A DNA stretch of 64,000 nt, from positions 458,526 through 522,525 of the forward strand of contig CBDBCU010000002.1 in NCBI GenBank assembly GCA_965203435.1, in the 5' to 3' direction. The notes under the pieces are model-generated. The model was not told the DNA's origin. It did not search any database and saw only the letters and a program-made list of their open reading frames with translations. Positions 9,385 to 17,163 of the stretch are shown here, in pieces (the first letter of the stretch is position 1; every line of letters begins with the position of its first letter). Origin of the DNA: Dehalococcoidia bacterium (GTDB taxonomy: Bacteria > Chloroflexota > Dehalococcoidia > Lucifugimonadales > UBA3495). The position numbers and the translations under genes were made by a program.

Positions 9385-9485
9385 TACTATGTCATTCCGA
9401 GCGTAGCCGAGGAATCTAAAAATCTTGAAATGGATTTCAGTGCGGGCATTTCAGATTCCTCGGCTACGCTCGGAATGACATAGTA
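9385..9485. mobile_element. MITE-2, ~100-bp element with ~30-nt terminal inverted repeats TACTATGTCATTCCGAGCGTAGCCGAGGAATCT
   Basis: tactatgtcattccgagcgtagccgaggaatct...agattcctcggctacgctcggaatgacatagta. Near-identical copies at 29382, 30615 and 41657. Confidence 0.85.
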
Positions 9486-9536
9486 AAGGGGTGGGCTATC
9501 CGAGGCATCAGTAATTAGCATGAACAAGCCCCGGTT

Positions 9537-9660
9537 TCATCCTTCAACCAGTTCAGGATGAGCGGAAAGGGGGCCGCCGGTTTCCGTCCTTCAACAAGTT
9601 CAGGATGAGCGGATAGGGGGGCCGCCGGGTTCATCCTTCAACCAGTTCAGGATGAGCGGA
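9537..9660. repeat. three tandem PAL-4 repeats
   Basis: tcatccttcaaccagttcaggatgagcgga occurs 3 times, separated by ggggccgccgg spacers. Confidence 0.85.
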
Positions 9661-9692
9661 TAGGGGAAACCGACTCAAATAAAGGAGGATTT

Positions 9693-10073
9693 ATGACGCC
9701 GCAGGACAATCCGCAGAACTACAATCCCTTGACGCCGCAGGAGCGGTACATCCTCGAGTTCAAGGGGACGGAACGGCCTTTCAGTGGGGAGTACGATGAC
9801 TTTTACCAGGAGGGAGTCTATCTCTGCCGCCGCTGCAATGCCGAGTTGTACCGGTCGGCGGACAAGTTTGACGCCCATTGCGGCTGGCCGGCTTTTGACC
9901 GGGAAGTCCCGGCGGCGGTGCGGCAGCTGCCCGACCCGGACGGCTTTCGGACGGAAATCGAGTGCGCCCACTGCGGGGGACACCTGGGCCATGTATTCTT
10001 TGGCGAGGGGTTCACTCCCACCAACGCCCGCCACTGCGTCAACTCCCTCTCCCTGCGCTTTGTGGGGGAATAG
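9693..10073 (+). CDS. msrB: peptide-methionine (R)-S-oxide reductase
   Basis: AAGGAGG SD. CRRC...CGWPAF...CAHCGGHLGHVF...RHCVNS are the MsrB zinc and catalytic motifs. Confidence 0.93.
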   Translation: MTPQDNPQNYNPLTPQERYILEFKGTERPFSGEYDDFYQEGVYLCRRCNAELYRSADKFDAHCGWPAFDREVPAAVRQLPDPDGFRTEIECAHCGGHLGHVFFGEGFTPTNARHCVNSLSLRFVGE

Positions 10074-10196
10074 GGGGATGGCCCTTTTCCCTGGGCTGGC
10101 GGCGGATCCGTCCGCTCACCCGGAAAGGGAAAGGGATCCGGAGTCAAGGCGATGGCCTATTTCTAACGAATTGCCAACCGTATTTCCCGCCCTCCA

Positions 10197-10250
10197 CCGT
10201 CCTTCCCGCGCAAGCGGGAATCTAGAACGGCGCGGCCTTATGATGCCGTA
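10197..10250. repeat. REP-1 half element
   Basis: ccgtccttcccgcgcaagcgggaatctagaacggcgcggccttatgatgcc. Confidence 0.6.
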
Positions 10251-10435
10251 TCCTTATCTGTCGGTCGTCAAAGACATCCCTGGCCTTTTCCTTGTAGTTG
10301 GGCGTGGGCTTGCCCGGCCCCACCTTGGCGGCGGTTTGCCAAGGGCGGTAGAAAGGGGGCAGGCCGGGAAGGACGGCTCCTAAGAAGGGGCGGTTCCTAT
10401 GTAAAATTGCCCGGAATTTTCCCGGGTCAAACCCC

Positions 10436-10464
10436 TTGACAATCCCCGGCCGCCGTTATATAAT
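10436..10464 (+). promoter_or_regulatory. consensus sigma-70-type promoter for the tRNA cluster (TTGACA-N17-TATAAT)
   Basis: TTGACA 10436..10441, 17-nt spacer, TATAAT 10459..10464, ~45 nt upstream of tRNA-Ala. Confidence 0.75.
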
Positions 10465-10508
10465 CATCCTTGAACCGGGGGATTATTCTCCATGGAGGGC
10501 AATAATCC

Positions 10509-10584
10509 GGGGATATAGCTCAACTGGGAGAGCGCGGCGTTCGCAACGCCGAGGTTGGGGGTTCGAGCCCCCCTATCTCCACCA
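10509..10584 (+). tRNA. tRNA-Ala (anticodon CGC), CCA encoded
   Basis: Manual cloverleaf: acceptor GGGGATA/TATCTCC with G3:U70, D arm GCTC/GAGC, anticodon loop TTCGCAA, T arm GGGGG-TTCGAGC-CCCCC. Confidence 0.9.
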
Positions 10585-10589
10585 AACCA

Positions 10590-10666
10590 GCCCCTGTAGC
10601 TCAGGAGGACAGAGCGGCGGCGTCCTAAGTCGCGCGGCGGGGGTTCGAGTCCCTCCAGGGGTACCA
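10590..10666 (+). tRNA. tRNA-Arg (anticodon CCT), CCA encoded
   Basis: Acceptor GCCCCTG/CAGGGGT, anticodon stem GCGGC/GTCGC, loop GTCCTAA, T loop TTCGAGT. The first loop base G is unusual. Confidence 0.8.
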
Positions 10667-10715
10667 TAACCGGCAAGCCTTTCCCAAGCCGGCGGTCGCG
10701 CCGGCCGGATAATGC

Positions 10716-10793
10716 AGGAGCGTAGCTCAGTCTGGCCAGAGCGCTGGTCTCCAAAACCAGTGGTCGGGGGTTCGAATCCTCCCGCTCCTGCCA
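10716..10793 (+). tRNA. tRNA-Trp (anticodon CCA), CCA encoded
   Basis: Acceptor AGGAGCG/CGCTCCT, anticodon stem CTGGT/ACCAG with loop CTCCAAA, T arm GGGGG-TTCGAAT-CCTCC. Confidence 0.9.
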
Positions 10794-10819
10794 TCCCTTT
10801 CCCCGAATATCGTACAGTT

Positions 10820-10848
10820 AGAGGGTCAGCCGGCCCTCTTTTCTTTTA
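10820..10848 (+). terminator. putative intrinsic terminator after the tRNA cluster
   Basis: AGAGGG-tcagccgg-CCCTCT hairpin followed by TTTTCTTTTATT. Confidence 0.55.
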
Positions 10849-10890
10849 TTCCGGCAACCGCATTGTCAGTTCCATTCCATTGCCATCCTT

Positions 10891-10920
10891 TCATCCTTCA
10901 ACAAGTTCAGGATGAGCGGA
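10891..10920. repeat. PAL-4 repeat
   Basis: tcatccttcaacaagttcaggatgagcgga. Confidence 0.8.
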
Positions 10921-10951
10921 ATGAATATCCCTGCCTTGGGAGGATAGCCTG

Positions 10952-12988
10952 ATGACTCAGCCTATGGCCCCGGATTTGGTGCGCCACTTGCAATCGGTCG
11001 GCGACCCGGCCCTGTCCCCGGACGGCTCCCTACTGGCCTTTGTCCATTCCCGCATCGACCCGGAAACGCTGCAAAGCCAGTCCCGGATCCGTTTGCTGAA
11101 CTTGGGGGACACTATTCCGGATGCGGCTGAGGCCGCGGCTATCCCCGACTTTACCGCCGGCCCCCGGGATGGATTGCCCCGTTTTGCTCCGGACGGCCGG
11201 ACGATTGCTTTTCTGCGCGGCCCGGCCAGCGGCCCCAAGCAGCTGTGGCTGATTGGCGTGGACGGCGACGCGGCCCGGCCGCTGACCCACCAGCCCGGCG
11301 GCGTCATCGACCTGGCCTGGTCTCCTGACTCCCGGCGGTTGGCTTATGTGGCCGATGAAAAGCCGGCCGATCCGGCGGATTCCGCAGATTCGTCCGGCAC
11401 TACTTGGCCCCAAGGCAGCGTAGTGCGGCGCATCCGCTACCGCTATGACGGCTTGGGCTGGCGCGGCGATTGCCATTTCCATATTTTCCTGGTTGACACG
11501 GACACCGGGGAAAGCCGGCAGCTTACCGCCGGCGATTGGGATGACTTTCTGCCGGCTTGGTCGCCGGACGGCAACCGCCTGGCCTTTGTATCCGGCCGAC
11601 GGGAGGATCGGGATGTCCGGGCCCGGACGGAGGCTTATGTGGTGGCTATTGACCGGCGGCTGGCTGAGGGGGAACGGAAAGTTGACGCGGGGTCGGCCGG
11701 GACGGATTGGACCGACGGGGCGGAATTGTGGTCGGGGGATTTGGGCAGCGTGGGGGCTTTGACCTGGTCGCCGGACGGCCGGCAGCTGCTGGCGGCCGCC
11801 TCGCCGCTGCCCGGCGGCTTGGGCTTGTGGCAAAGCCTGCTGTATCTACTGGAGCCGGGCCAAGAGCCGCAAGCCCTTACCGACGACGCTATCCGCCCGG
11901 TAGTGGGCATCCCGGCCATCAGTCCCAACCCGGAACTGGCCTGGTACTCCGATGGGCGCATTAGGTTTCTGGGGGAAAGCCGGGGGCAATCCTGGCTGAT
12001 GGAAACTACGGCCGCCGGCGGCCCGGTTAAGCGGTGGGGCGGCGGCGGAATGCAGAGCGCGGCCCTGGCCCTGGACGCCGCCGGCCGCCAAGCCGTCCTG
12101 ATTGCCAATACCCCTCAATCCCCCAGCAATCTGCTGCTGCTGGACGGGAATGATACCGCCGGACAGCTTTTGACCGACTACAACCGGGCTTATCTGGCGG
12201 AACATCCGCCGGCCCGGCCGGAAAAATTTATCCTGGAGCGGGAGGGTTGGGAAATTGAGTGTCGCCTTTACTTTCCGCCGGATTTTGACCCGGCCCGGCG
12301 GTATCCCCTGGTATTGGAAATTCACGGCGGCCCCAACGGCGCTTTCTACGATGCCTTTGCCCCCTTGCATCAGGTCTTGGCGACCAACGGCTATCTGACC
12401 CTGGCGGCGAACCCCCGGGGTTCCTCGACCTATGGGGTGGATTTTATGACGGCGGTGCTGGCCGATTGGGGCGGGGCGGATTACTTGGATTTGATGGCGG
12501 CGGTGGATGCGGTGGCGGCCCGGCCCTATGTGGACGCGGCCCGGCTGGGCATTCACGGCTACAGCTACGGCGGCTATATGACCGCTTGGACCATCGGCCA
12601 CACGAACCGCTTTCGGGCGGCGGTGGTCGGCGCGCCCTGCATTGACCTGGTCAGTATGTATGGCACTTCCGACATTGGCGTCAGTTTTGGCGAGGTGCAG
12701 TGGGGCGGTTCGCCGATGGACAATTTTGCCGAACTGGTGCGCCGTTCCCCCCTGACCTATGCGCCGCAGGTAGAAACGCCGGCCCTGCTGCTCCACGGCG
12801 ACGCTGACCATCGCTGCCCCATCAGCCAGAGTGAATCCTATTTTGTGCAGCTGCGGCGATTGGGCAAGACGGCGGAACTGGTCCGCTTTCCCGGCGGTTC
12901 CCATGCCTTTCCCCGCCAGGGCCACCCGGCCCTGCGGGAGGAATACTTGTCCCGGACGCTGGCCTGGTTTGAGCGGTATCTGGGGTAG
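10952..12988 (+). CDS. S9 family serine peptidase (prolyl oligopeptidase/acylaminoacyl-peptidase-like) with N-terminal beta-propeller
   Basis: 678-aa ORF. Repeated SPDG/WSPDG propeller motifs, nucleophile elbow GYSYGGYM, C-terminal LLLHGDADHRCP...GGSHAF. Confidence 0.9.
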   Translation: MTQPMAPDLVRHLQSVGDPALSPDGSLLAFVHSRIDPETLQSQSRIRLLNLGDTIPDAAEAAAIPDFTAGPRDGLPRFAPDGRTIAFLRGPASGPKQLWLIGVDGDAARPLTHQPGGVIDLAWSPDSRRLAYVADEKPADPADSADSSGTTWPQGSVVRRIRYRYDGLGWRGDCHFHIFLVDTDTGESRQLTAGDWDDFLPAWSPDGNRLAFVSGRREDRDVRARTEAYVVAIDRRLAEGERKVDAGSAGTDWTDGAELWSGDLGSVGALTWSPDGRQLLAAASPLPGGLGLWQSLLYLLEPGQEPQALTDDAIRPVVGIPAISPNPELAWYSDGRIRFLGESRGQSWLMETTAAGGPVKRWGGGGMQSAALALDAAGRQAVLIANTPQSPSNLLLLDGNDTAGQLLTDYNRAYLAEHPPARPEKFILEREGWEIECRLYFPPDFDPARRYPLVLEIHGGPNGAFYDAFAPLHQVLATNGYLTLAANPRGSSTYGVDFMTAVLADWGGADYLDLMAAVDAVAARPYVDAARLGIHGYSYGGYMTAWTIGHTNRFRAAVVGAPCIDLVSMYGTSDIGVSFGEVQWGGSPMDNFAELVRRSPLTYAPQVETPALLLHGDADHRCPISQSESYFVQLRRLGKTAELVRFPGGSHAFPRQGHPALREEYLSRTLAWFERYLG

Positions 12989-13000
12989 GCCGGCCTTTCC

Positions 13001-13546
13001 CTACCGCCCCGGCGGCTTTACCGGCGGCCGCTCCTCTATCGGCGGCCGGCCGTTAGCCAACCGATCCCGATCCGGGTCGCTGGTAGGCGTCTCCAAGGAG
13101 CGGATGCTGGCCTCCGTGGCGGCGTCGACATAGGGCGGCCGGTAATCGGCATCCAGCGTCGGAAGCAACGCCGCCACAAAATTCTCCGCCGATTCCAGCG
13201 CGAACCCCAGCGTTTTCGCGCCATACTCATGGCGGTAAAAGTTAAAGTGCGCGTCCCGGGCCAGGGAATAGAAGGCCATAACTTCAGCCCGGCCCAGTTC
13301 GGCGGTAAGGATTTCCGCGGCCCGGCGCAGTTTCCAGTCGGCTTCGTTGAACCAGCGGCGCTTTTCCGCTACGGTCTTGACCGCAAAGGCCGTGGCTCCC
13401 CAAATCTTTTCCGAGGCTTGCAGCAAGTCCCCGGCCGCCAGCTCCAGGCGGGCCGCCAGCAGCAGCTCCGCGCAGATTTCCCCATTGCGAATCGCCTCGG
13501 CGTCCGGCGAAGGGCCGGGGGCCGTATCCAAAGGCAAGGTCGTCAT
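13001..13546 (-). CDS. PaREP1-like (HEPN superfamily) protein, divergent third copy
   Basis: LAAGDLLQASEKIWGATAFAVKTVAEKRRW...DAHFNFYRHEY. Lacks the RxxxxH-like WR.DSH of the other two. Confidence 0.55.
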   Translation of the reverse strand: MTTLPLDTAPGPSPDAEAIRNGEICAELLLAARLELAAGDLLQASEKIWGATAFAVKTVAEKRRWFNEADWKLRRAAEILTAELGRAEVMAFYSLARDAHFNFYRHEYGAKTLGFALESAENFVAALLPTLDADYRPPYVDAATEASIRSLETPTSDPDRDRLANGRPPIEERPPVKPPGR

Positions 13547-13605
13547 AAAGTAGCGCCTCTCGTCAAGATAGGTCTATTGTAACACACCGGGCCGCCAGCC
13601 CTGCC

Positions 13606-14079
13606 TCAGAACCCGGGCCAGCCGGGCAAGGCGGCCGCCTGCCGAATCCATTCCGCCATTTGCGCCGCGTCAAAGCCGTCCTCGTAGATGTCAAACCAGC
13701 GGGCGTCCGGGTCTTTGCCGGCCCCGGGCGGCGGCGGTTGCAGGGCCGCGCCGTGCAGGAAAGTAACCTTTACATAGCGGGCAAAGACATGGTAGCTGAG
13801 AAACCAGCCCTGCCCGGCCACGCCATACCAGGGCGAGTTCCAGCGCACCGCCTTAAGCGCTTCCGGCACATTTTCCACGATAAGGGCGTCAAGGCGGCGG
13901 CCGAGGTCCCTTTTCCAACCGGGCATCGCCGCAATGTACGCCTGCACCGGGGCATCGCCATCGCCTTTGGCAATCTGCGGATTGCCGCCGGAGAGGAGGA
14001 CCACCGGGTTAGCGGCATCCGGGGCGGCGGCCGGCTTGTCGGACGATCGTTTTGATTTCCGGGTTGGACGGGCGGGCAT
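13606..14079 (-). CDS. DUF1801 (YdhG-like) domain protein
   Basis: ORF 13606..14157 trimmed to ATG 14079 (GAGGAA 7 nt upstream; the longer N-terminus runs into a REP-1 copy). WKRDLGRRLDALI...AVRWNSPWYG...YVKVTFLHGAAL pattern. Confidence 0.65.
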   Translation of the reverse strand: MPARPTRKSKRSSDKPAAAPDAANPVVLLSGGNPQIAKGDGDAPVQAYIAAMPGWKRDLGRRLDALIVENVPEALKAVRWNSPWYGVAGQGWFLSYHVFARYVKVTFLHGAALQPPPPGAGKDPDARWFDIYEDGFDAAQMAEWIRQAAALPGWPGF

Positions 14080-14101
14080 TATCATTCCTCTATAGTGGAT
14101 T

Positions 14102-14208
14102 GGATTCCCGCTTGCGCGGGAAGGACGGTAGCCGGGTGGGAAGGACGACGTAGGCAATGCTGACCGGCTAATCCGCCGCCCTGGTTCCCGCTTGCGCGGG
14201 AATGACGG
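14102..14208. repeat. REP-1 pair
   Basis: ggattcccgcttgcgcgggaaggacgg ... ggttcccgcttgcgcgggaatgacgg. Confidence 0.8.
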
Positions 14209-14236
14209 CAGGGTTCACGCGGGATAGATGGCAAGG

Positions 14237-14935
14237 CTAATCCCCCAGCGGCGGCAGTATCCTGGTCAGCCAGGGGATTAAATCTTGCAGCACCTCGAAA
14301 GGGATTTCGTGGCCCATAGCATACTCCCGGTATTCGGGTTGGTAGCCCTCGGCCGCGAGAAAGGCGCGGGTGGCCCGGGCCGTGGCCACATCAATCTGGC
14401 GGTCGCCGGTGCCGTGGGCAATGAATATCGGCTGGCCGCGGTCGGTGGCCGGCAGTCGGGGTTTCAGGATAGCCGGGTCAAAGACGGCGGCGCTCAAGGC
14501 AATCAGGGCGGCAAAGGTGTACGGGCGATCCAGGCCGCAGCGATAGGTCATCGTCCCGCCCTGGGAAAAGCCCAGCAAGGCCGCCCCGCCGGGAGCCGTG
14601 TTCAGGTGATCGAAAACTTCCTCGAAAAAGCCGGCCAGCAACTGCTCCGACTGCTGCCGGGCCGCTTCCACTTCCTCCGGCGCGGCGGCGTTTTGCCGGG
14701 GCATCCAGCCGTAGCCGAGGTGACCGCCGCCGAAGTCAAAGGGAAAGGGCGCATTGGGGCAGGCATAGACATAGCCCCGATCCGCAATGGCCGGAGCCAG
14801 GCCGGCCAAATCGCCCATATTAGCCCCGAACCCGTGCAGCATAATCACCAGGGGATAGCTGTTCGCCGGGTTGTAGTCGTCGGGAGTAACGGTGATGTAG
14901 TTGAGCTGCCGCCCTTGATGCTGTTCGCTTTTCAT
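14237..14935 (-). CDS. alpha/beta hydrolase, phospholipase/carboxylesterase family
   Basis: ORF trimmed to ATG 14935 (AAGGAAAGG upstream). VIMLHGFGAN, nucleophile elbow GFSQGG, FIAHGTGDRQI, GHEI. Confidence 0.8.
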   Translation of the reverse strand: MKSEQHQGRQLNYITVTPDDYNPANSYPLVIMLHGFGANMGDLAGLAPAIADRGYVYACPNAPFPFDFGGGHLGYGWMPRQNAAAPEEVEAARQQSEQLLAGFFEEVFDHLNTAPGGAALLGFSQGGTMTYRCGLDRPYTFAALIALSAAVFDPAILKPRLPATDRGQPIFIAHGTGDRQIDVATARATRAFLAAEGYQPEYREYAMGHEIPFEVLQDLIPWLTRILPPLGD

Positions 14936-14948
14936 TCCCGGCCTTTCC

Positions 14949-15293
14949 TTATTGCAATGGGTTTTCCAGGTCAAAACCGCCGTCATCCTCCGGCGTCAGC
15001 GGCCGGATGGCAGTCACCGCGCCGATTTCCAGGGGGCCGTAGATGTGGGGGTACAGTTCCCCGGAGCGGCTGGGTTCGGTTACTACCGGGGCGGACAGCA
15101 AAGCGGTATCCACTTGCAGAGCCAGCAAATCCGCCCGGCCGGCGTAAAGGCGTTGGGCTACCCGCAACATTTGCGCCGGGTCTTGCGAGCAGTGGATAAA
15201 GCCCTCGATAGCCAAACTTTCCGGGCGCAGTTGCCCGGCCGCTTGCGCCGCCGCCCAATCCTCCCGGTTGGTCAAGTGGTAGATGATGGGCAT
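14949..15293 (-). CDS. DUF952 domain protein
   Basis: ORF trimmed to ATG 15293. MPIIYHLTNREDW...GFIHCS...ELYPHIYGPL matches the DUF952 pattern. Confidence 0.75.
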   Translation of the reverse strand: MPIIYHLTNREDWAAAQAAGQLRPESLAIEGFIHCSQDPAQMLRVAQRLYAGRADLLALQVDTALLSAPVVTEPSRSGELYPHIYGPLEIGAVTAIRPLTPEDDGGFDLENPLQ

Positions 15294-15335
15294 ATTCCGG
15301 CTAACTCCCTTGCCGCCATTCCCGCCGTCCCGCAA

Positions 15336-15537
15336 CCGTCATTCCCGCGTAAGCGGGAATCCCGAACGGCGCTGCCTTATGATGCCGCAGACTCAGCAAT
15401 CAACCGTGGGATTCCCGCGTAAGCGGGAATGACGGTAAGGGACGGCGGGAATAAAGGTTTTGTAGGCCATTGCCCGGCCGTCAGTCCCGGATTCCCGCTT
15501 ACGCGGGAATGACGGTAGAGATGGGCGGGAATGACGG
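15336..15537. repeat. REP-1 cluster: one composite element plus extra hairpins
   Basis: ccgtcattcccgcgtaagcgggaatcccgaacggcgctgccttatgatgccgcag...ggattcccgcgtaagcgggaatgacgg, then a second ggattcccgcttacgcgggaatgacgg. Confidence 0.85.
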
Positions 15538-15566
15538 TCTCTATGCCATTGCTATCCCGGGCCGCC

Positions 15567-16382
15567 CTATTCCTGTTGCAACAGGAACTCGACCAGCGCC
15601 TCTACATCCGCATCGCTCAGGTTGGCTACGATGGCGGCGGTCATCAGGCCGGGGGTGGCCCGCTCGATGCCGGTGGCTACGAAACTTTCCGGGTCGACGA
15701 TGGAAGTGGTGATGTAGTCCCGGGCCGAGACGCCGGGCTGCCGGGTAGCGGCCTCGGTAGCGATATGGGTCAAGTCCGGGCCGATTATCCCTACCGCCCC
15801 GGGGACGCCCTCGATGGTGTGGCAGGTCATACAGATGCCGGCGCCGGTAAAGACGGCTTGCCCCTGGGCCGCCAAGCCGCCGGCCGCCGGCGCGGCCGGA
15901 GCCGCGGTTTCCGTCCCGCCGGCCGTTTCCGTAGTCCCATCCGCCGGCGCCGGTTCGGCGGCAACGGCCGCTACCAGCGGCGCGCAGCCGCCATGCTCGT
16001 GGTCAAAAAGGCAGGGTTCGGCATTGGCTTGCGCCCAGGCCCGCGGCGAGGGCGTGAAAGTGGCGAACAAGCCAATCAGGGCGAACACCACCGCAAAGCC
16101 CAACGCCAGCCCCCCCAGGAAAATCCAGGTCAGCAGGGGGTTGTCAAACTTCAGGTGCATATAGAAAAAGATGACCGCCGCGAACTTGATCGCCGACAGA
16201 ATCGCCAAGGGCGCAAGCGTCCAGCCCGCCCCCGCGTACCTGGGAATCCCCAGGAACCCATCCGGCGGCAGGATGATGACGAACTCGACGAGGGTGACGA
16301 CGAACAGAAATATGGCAATCGCCACATACTGTTTGAGGGTGGGATGGCGGGACTGATGCGCCGCCGCCGGGTCGCTGCTCAT
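15567..16382 (-). CDS. cytochrome c oxidase subunit IV (prokaryotic COX4 family) fused to a C-terminal class I cytochrome c domain
   Basis: N-terminus KQYVAIAIFLFVVTLVEF...AIKFAAVIFFYMHLKFD (COX4_pro pattern), Ala/Pro linker, then GQAVFTGAGICMTCH heme-binding motif. AAGGAG SD. Confidence 0.8.
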   Translation of the reverse strand: MSSDPAAAHQSRHPTLKQYVAIAIFLFVVTLVEFVIILPPDGFLGIPRYAGAGWTLAPLAILSAIKFAAVIFFYMHLKFDNPLLTWIFLGGLALGFAVVFALIGLFATFTPSPRAWAQANAEPCLFDHEHGGCAPLVAAVAAEPAPADGTTETAGGTETAAPAAPAAGGLAAQGQAVFTGAGICMTCHTIEGVPGAVGIIGPDLTHIATEAATRQPGVSARDYITTSIVDPESFVATGIERATPGLMTAAIVANLSDADVEALVEFLLQQE

Positions 16383-16403
16383 TGCGCCGCTACTCCTTGC
16401 CGG

Positions 16404-17105
16404 TTAGCCCAGGAAGGGCAGGATGGAATGGAGAACTTCGGTACCTTCGGGCAGGGCCGGGCCGGTGTCGAACCCGCCAATCAGGTACACCAGGGTGAAA
16501 ATGACAATCCAGACGATGTCGACGAAGTGCCAGTAAAGGCCGGCCAGTTCCACATCCAGGGCGGTGCGCGGCCCCAGCCGTCCCTTGCGGGCAATCCAAG
16601 CCAACGCCAGCAGCCAGACGATGCCCAGGGTCACGTGGGCGCCGTGAAAGCCGGTCAGGGTAAAGAAAGTGCTGCCGAACAGGTTGGTGTCAATCCGCAG
16701 GCCCTCGCTGCGGAACAGGTTGAACTCGTACACCTGAAAGCCGATAAAGATGGCCCCCAGAAAGGCGGTCATCAGCAGCCAGAACTGGATGCGGCTCTGA
16801 TTGCCCTCGTTGGTGGCGGCCAGGGCGCGCACCATCGCGAAACTGCTGCACAGCAGCACGAAAGTGCTGATGGTGGTTATCGGCACATCGATGATGTCGA
16901 CCGGATAGGGGCCGACCAGGCTCTGCCCCCGATAGACCATATAAGTGGCAATCAGGGAGCCGAAAAACAGGCAGTCCGACGACAGGAAAACCCACATCAG
17001 GAGTTTCCGGTGGTTAATGCCGGTAGTGGTCTGCTCCTCGGGATGTTCGCCGTGACCGCCGCCGCCGTGATGCTGCGGCGGGGCGTGTTCCGCTTGGTAA
17101 GCCAA
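16404..17105 (-). CDS. ctaE: cytochrome c oxidase subunit III
   Basis: 233 aa, TTG start after AGGAGGGG. ...FHGAHVTLGIVWL...LYWHFVDIVWIVIFTLVY. Confidence 0.9.
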   Translation of the reverse strand: MAYQAEHAPPQHHGGGGHGEHPEEQTTTGINHRKLLMWVFLSSDCLFFGSLIATYMVYRGQSLVGPYPVDIIDVPITTISTFVLLCSSFAMVRALAATNEGNQSRIQFWLLMTAFLGAIFIGFQVYEFNLFRSEGLRIDTNLFGSTFFTLTGFHGAHVTLGIVWLLALAWIARKGRLGPRTALDVELAGLYWHFVDIVWIVIFTLVYLIGGFDTGPALPEGTEVLHSILPFLG

Positions 17106-17163
17106 CTTTTGCCCCTCCTGATGGGTTCCTTGCCGCTGGGTTCCTCGGGACGCCGATGGATTC

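Noticed and set aside
9537-9660. PAL-4 palindromes as integron attC sites
   Set aside because: CTTCAAC / GTTCAGG do not satisfy the RYYYAAC / GTTRRRY core rules. No intI gene or cassette-like ORF organisation is present, and the copies occur singly in ordinary intergenic regions.
10230-10430. Minus-strand reading ...PFYRPWQTAAKVGPGKPTPNYKEKARDVFDDRQ... that looks protein-like
   Set aside because: There is no start codon or SD in frame, it is bounded by a stop ~25 codons upstream, and it overlaps the tRNA promoter and a REP-1 half element. At best it is an unassignable gene relic.
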